Shown: piece by piece, positions 61,320 to 64,000 of the stretch
Numbering within the stretch: the stretch's first letter is position 1
Layout: each line of letters begins with the position of its first letter
Translations under genes and position numbers: made by a program
Notes under the pieces: model-generated
Database searches by the model: none
What the model saw: the letters and a program-made list of their open reading frames with translations, nothing else
Told to the model about the DNA's origin: nothing
Assembly (NCBI RefSeq): GCF_009914755.1
Contig: NC_060927.1
Direction: 5' to 3' (one strand)
Length of the DNA: 64,000 bases
DNA from: the human T2T-CHM13v2.0 reference genome, Homo sapiens

Positions 61320-61950
61320 TCTCTGCTTCTATCTTTGCACTGGGCCCTCTCCACTTCTGCCTTCAGTCTATTCTTCACTCAGCCAACACAGGGATGCTAA
61401 AATCATGTCTACCCTCAGCGACTCCCATCTCAGAGCAAACGGCAAAGACGTTCCAGAGCCCCAAAATCAGATCCCAAAATGTGGCCTCTCCTCTCTGGCT
61501 TTATCTCCTCTCTTCCCAGCCACGCACTCACTGCTGCAGACACAGTGGCCCCTGGCTGTCCTCAAAACACCCCAGCCACTAGCTCCCAACTTGGGGCCTT
61601 ACCACTTGCTGTTCTTTTTTGCATAGAAGACCCCTTCTTAAACCTGCTTCAGGCCTTTCCTCAGCTGCTCTATCTTGCTGAGGTCCACATTATTGAAAAT
61701 TGCAACCTCCCTGCCCCAGCTTCACTCTCCTCCTTCCTACTTTGTCTCTTAGTGTCAGTCATCATCCATCACATTGAGGACTTCACGCACATGTCTTGTC
61801 TTCTCTCCGACCCTCCTGTTGGAGCATGAGCTCCCGGGGGCAGGGAATCTGTGTGCTGTGGCCTCTGCTGCATCTCTGGCATCAAGGATGGTGCCAATCA
61901 CTTCACAAATAAATGGATGAATGGATAAGTGAATGGGTAAATGACAGATT
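61320..61950. mobile_element. L2 LINE fragment
   Basis: C-rich degenerate body ending in tgagctcc..ggcaggga..tgaatggataagtgaatg. Confidence 0.6.
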
Positions 61951-64000
61951 TATTCGAGCCACCACTGTTACCGATAAGGAGGTAAACATGATTAAAATAC
62001 TAACTGTAGAAAATGTGTAAGGAATTATCTCGCATATGGGGCATAAATACAAAGTGTGAACTGCCTTCTCTACCTTCTCTGGCAAACAAACATATTTCAT
62101 CTTCAAAATATTTATTATGTGGGAAATTTAGAATAAGGAATAAAATTAAATAGAATGAGATGAGTCTCCTGAATACCAATTTTTGTTTTTAAGAAAAGGA
62201 AAAGATTTTTTACCAATATAAACCTCATAGCACGAGCCAAGCCCAAAGCAACCTATGAAAACACAGAGCCCCAGATAAGTCAAAATCAAGATTAATGTTG
62301 CTCCCATTTCTTATTACAAACTCAAGTATAAAAATCAATGTGAACATAAACCTCCCACAGGGGAGTCCTTGGCAATCTTCTCCCTGCTTTCAATAGGAAG
62401 AGTTACCCGAGTATTCTAACCGGAGCTCTTAGTTCACACAACTTCAAGAGTCCCCAGTCTGGGCTGAAACACCTTTTTGAAACCTGCCAGGGGGCTTTAA
62501 CCCAAACAGTGCTGCACGGTGGTAGCTCCCTGTCGCTTCATCCAAGGAGAAGGCAGAGTTCAGGAGAACAAGCAGTCACTGGGGTCAGAAAAGAGGCCGG
62601 TGAGGAAATACCTCTCGTTCCTCTAGCCCTGCCCCCACAGAAGCACACTTGAATCAAGTTTGTTTTCTCAGTGTCAGAGAGAGGCCTCAACAGCCCTGGC
62701 TGTGTCCATATAGGGCTCTAATCGCCCTTGACCTGATCCCCCTTCCCCGGCCCACCGCCTGCTGCTCAACCCTGCTCCTCTGCTCTTCCTGGGCTTGTGA
62801 ACTCAGGGGGCTGCCTGAACCTCCTCAGATTCTGGTATCTCATCCACAGGTCAGAGATGAGCTGAGAAATGGCCCCTGACTCAAGGAGACCCCAGCACCT
62901 GCCCTGCATCCCCCTTCAATGGCTTGTGCTGAGGGCAGGATGGATACTGTGAATTATGCATGGGTTCCTAGGCAAGCTGCCTCTCTCGGGCTCCTCATCT
63001 GTGAAATGAGGATAGCTGGACTCATCCGGGGTCTGCTGAGCATTCTGAAGCAACAGAACCCTTTCGGAAATAAACTTGTATAGGGAAGTCCCTCTGGTAA
63101 ATAGGTAAGGATGGATGGAGATACTCGGGCTGGAGTGGACTTGGAAGAACACCAACCTTGCCACTCACTTCCTGTGCCCCTCTAAGGAGCCTGGGATTCT
63201 CTACAGCACAGCTGGAAACCCTGGAGCATATGGTGGACAAATGCCCTTTCAGCTACAAGATTTCATGGTCCAGTCATCACTGGTAACAACTCCTCTTTAA
63301 GAAGAGAGACCACTTCAGGCATCCATCTCCCCTTGTCAACAGCAGGAAAAGCCAGACAACCCAGTCATGAATTGGGATTTTTCTAATTGGAAAATAGTTG
63401 TAATACTGCACTCTTACAGAAGATAACCTAAGAGGAGGATAATACTCATTATTGATGAGGTTTATCTAAAGATAGATGTATTTTTACATCTTTCCCCCAC
63501 AGATACAACCCACCTCCATCTGAATTGTGGAAAAGGCCTAAACTGGGTGACCCAAGATCATCCTGGTGACAGGTGTGTCCCTAGCTTCCTACACAAATTA
63601 ATGAATGTCTCATTGGTGAACTTCTTGATCCTGATTGATCCTTGAGAGGAAGGTGTGACGAGTGCAGCATGAGCTGCTGATTACTAGACCTGCATGCAAG
63701 GAAGACCCCAGTGAAGGCCCAACACGAATGCTGAGTACACCTGTGGGCACTCTGGAGTTGCCATCTTACCTATGCAAGAGGGGGAGCAGCGCTTTGGGGT
63801 GTAAACCTAACAGAGAAGTGGAACCCAAGAGTGGCTATTTTCCAAAACAGTACCATTGCATGCAAACCCTAAATAAGGAGGAACTGTCCACATTTACAGT
63901 CCCTAATTCCTCTCCTTCCTTCTCTCTTGACTTTATTCTAGTCAGATTTTCACTAGTGCTACTCCACTGACAACTGCTGTCAAGGTGACGAATGACCTCC

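Overview
This is human genomic DNA, not microbial: it has spliced GT-AG genes, dense Alu/L1/MER repeats and a human-specific AluYb8. Bases 1-20,070 (+) hold the 3' half of STT3B, a catalytic subunit of the oligosaccharyltransferase. Nine coding exons splice in frame and encode the SVSE, WWDYG and DxxK motifs, a C-terminal KKxx tail and a ~1.55 kb 3'UTR. Bases ~43,270-64,000 (-) hold the convergent 3' end of OSBPL10 (ORP10): four coding exons of the lipid-binding ORD domain plus the 3'UTR. The next upstream OSBPL10 exon lies beyond the window. The ~23 kb between the genes is almost all dead retroelements, including a near full-length L1 nested in an older L1. Almost all ORFs in the supplied track are spurious (Alu/L1/intron-derived). 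I found no convincing novel gene system. The best unexplained signal is a 213-bp non-Alu direct duplication bracketing the penultimate OSBPL10 exon, with a 79/80-identical core carrying a perfect AGGTCAAGGTCA element and a cryptic acceptor. Other leads are several perfect palindromes or templated-insertion scars, a sense LTR poly(A) site in STT3B and Alu pairs suited to back-splicing. Exon numbers and repeat subfamily names are recalled from knowledge and were not verified by search.
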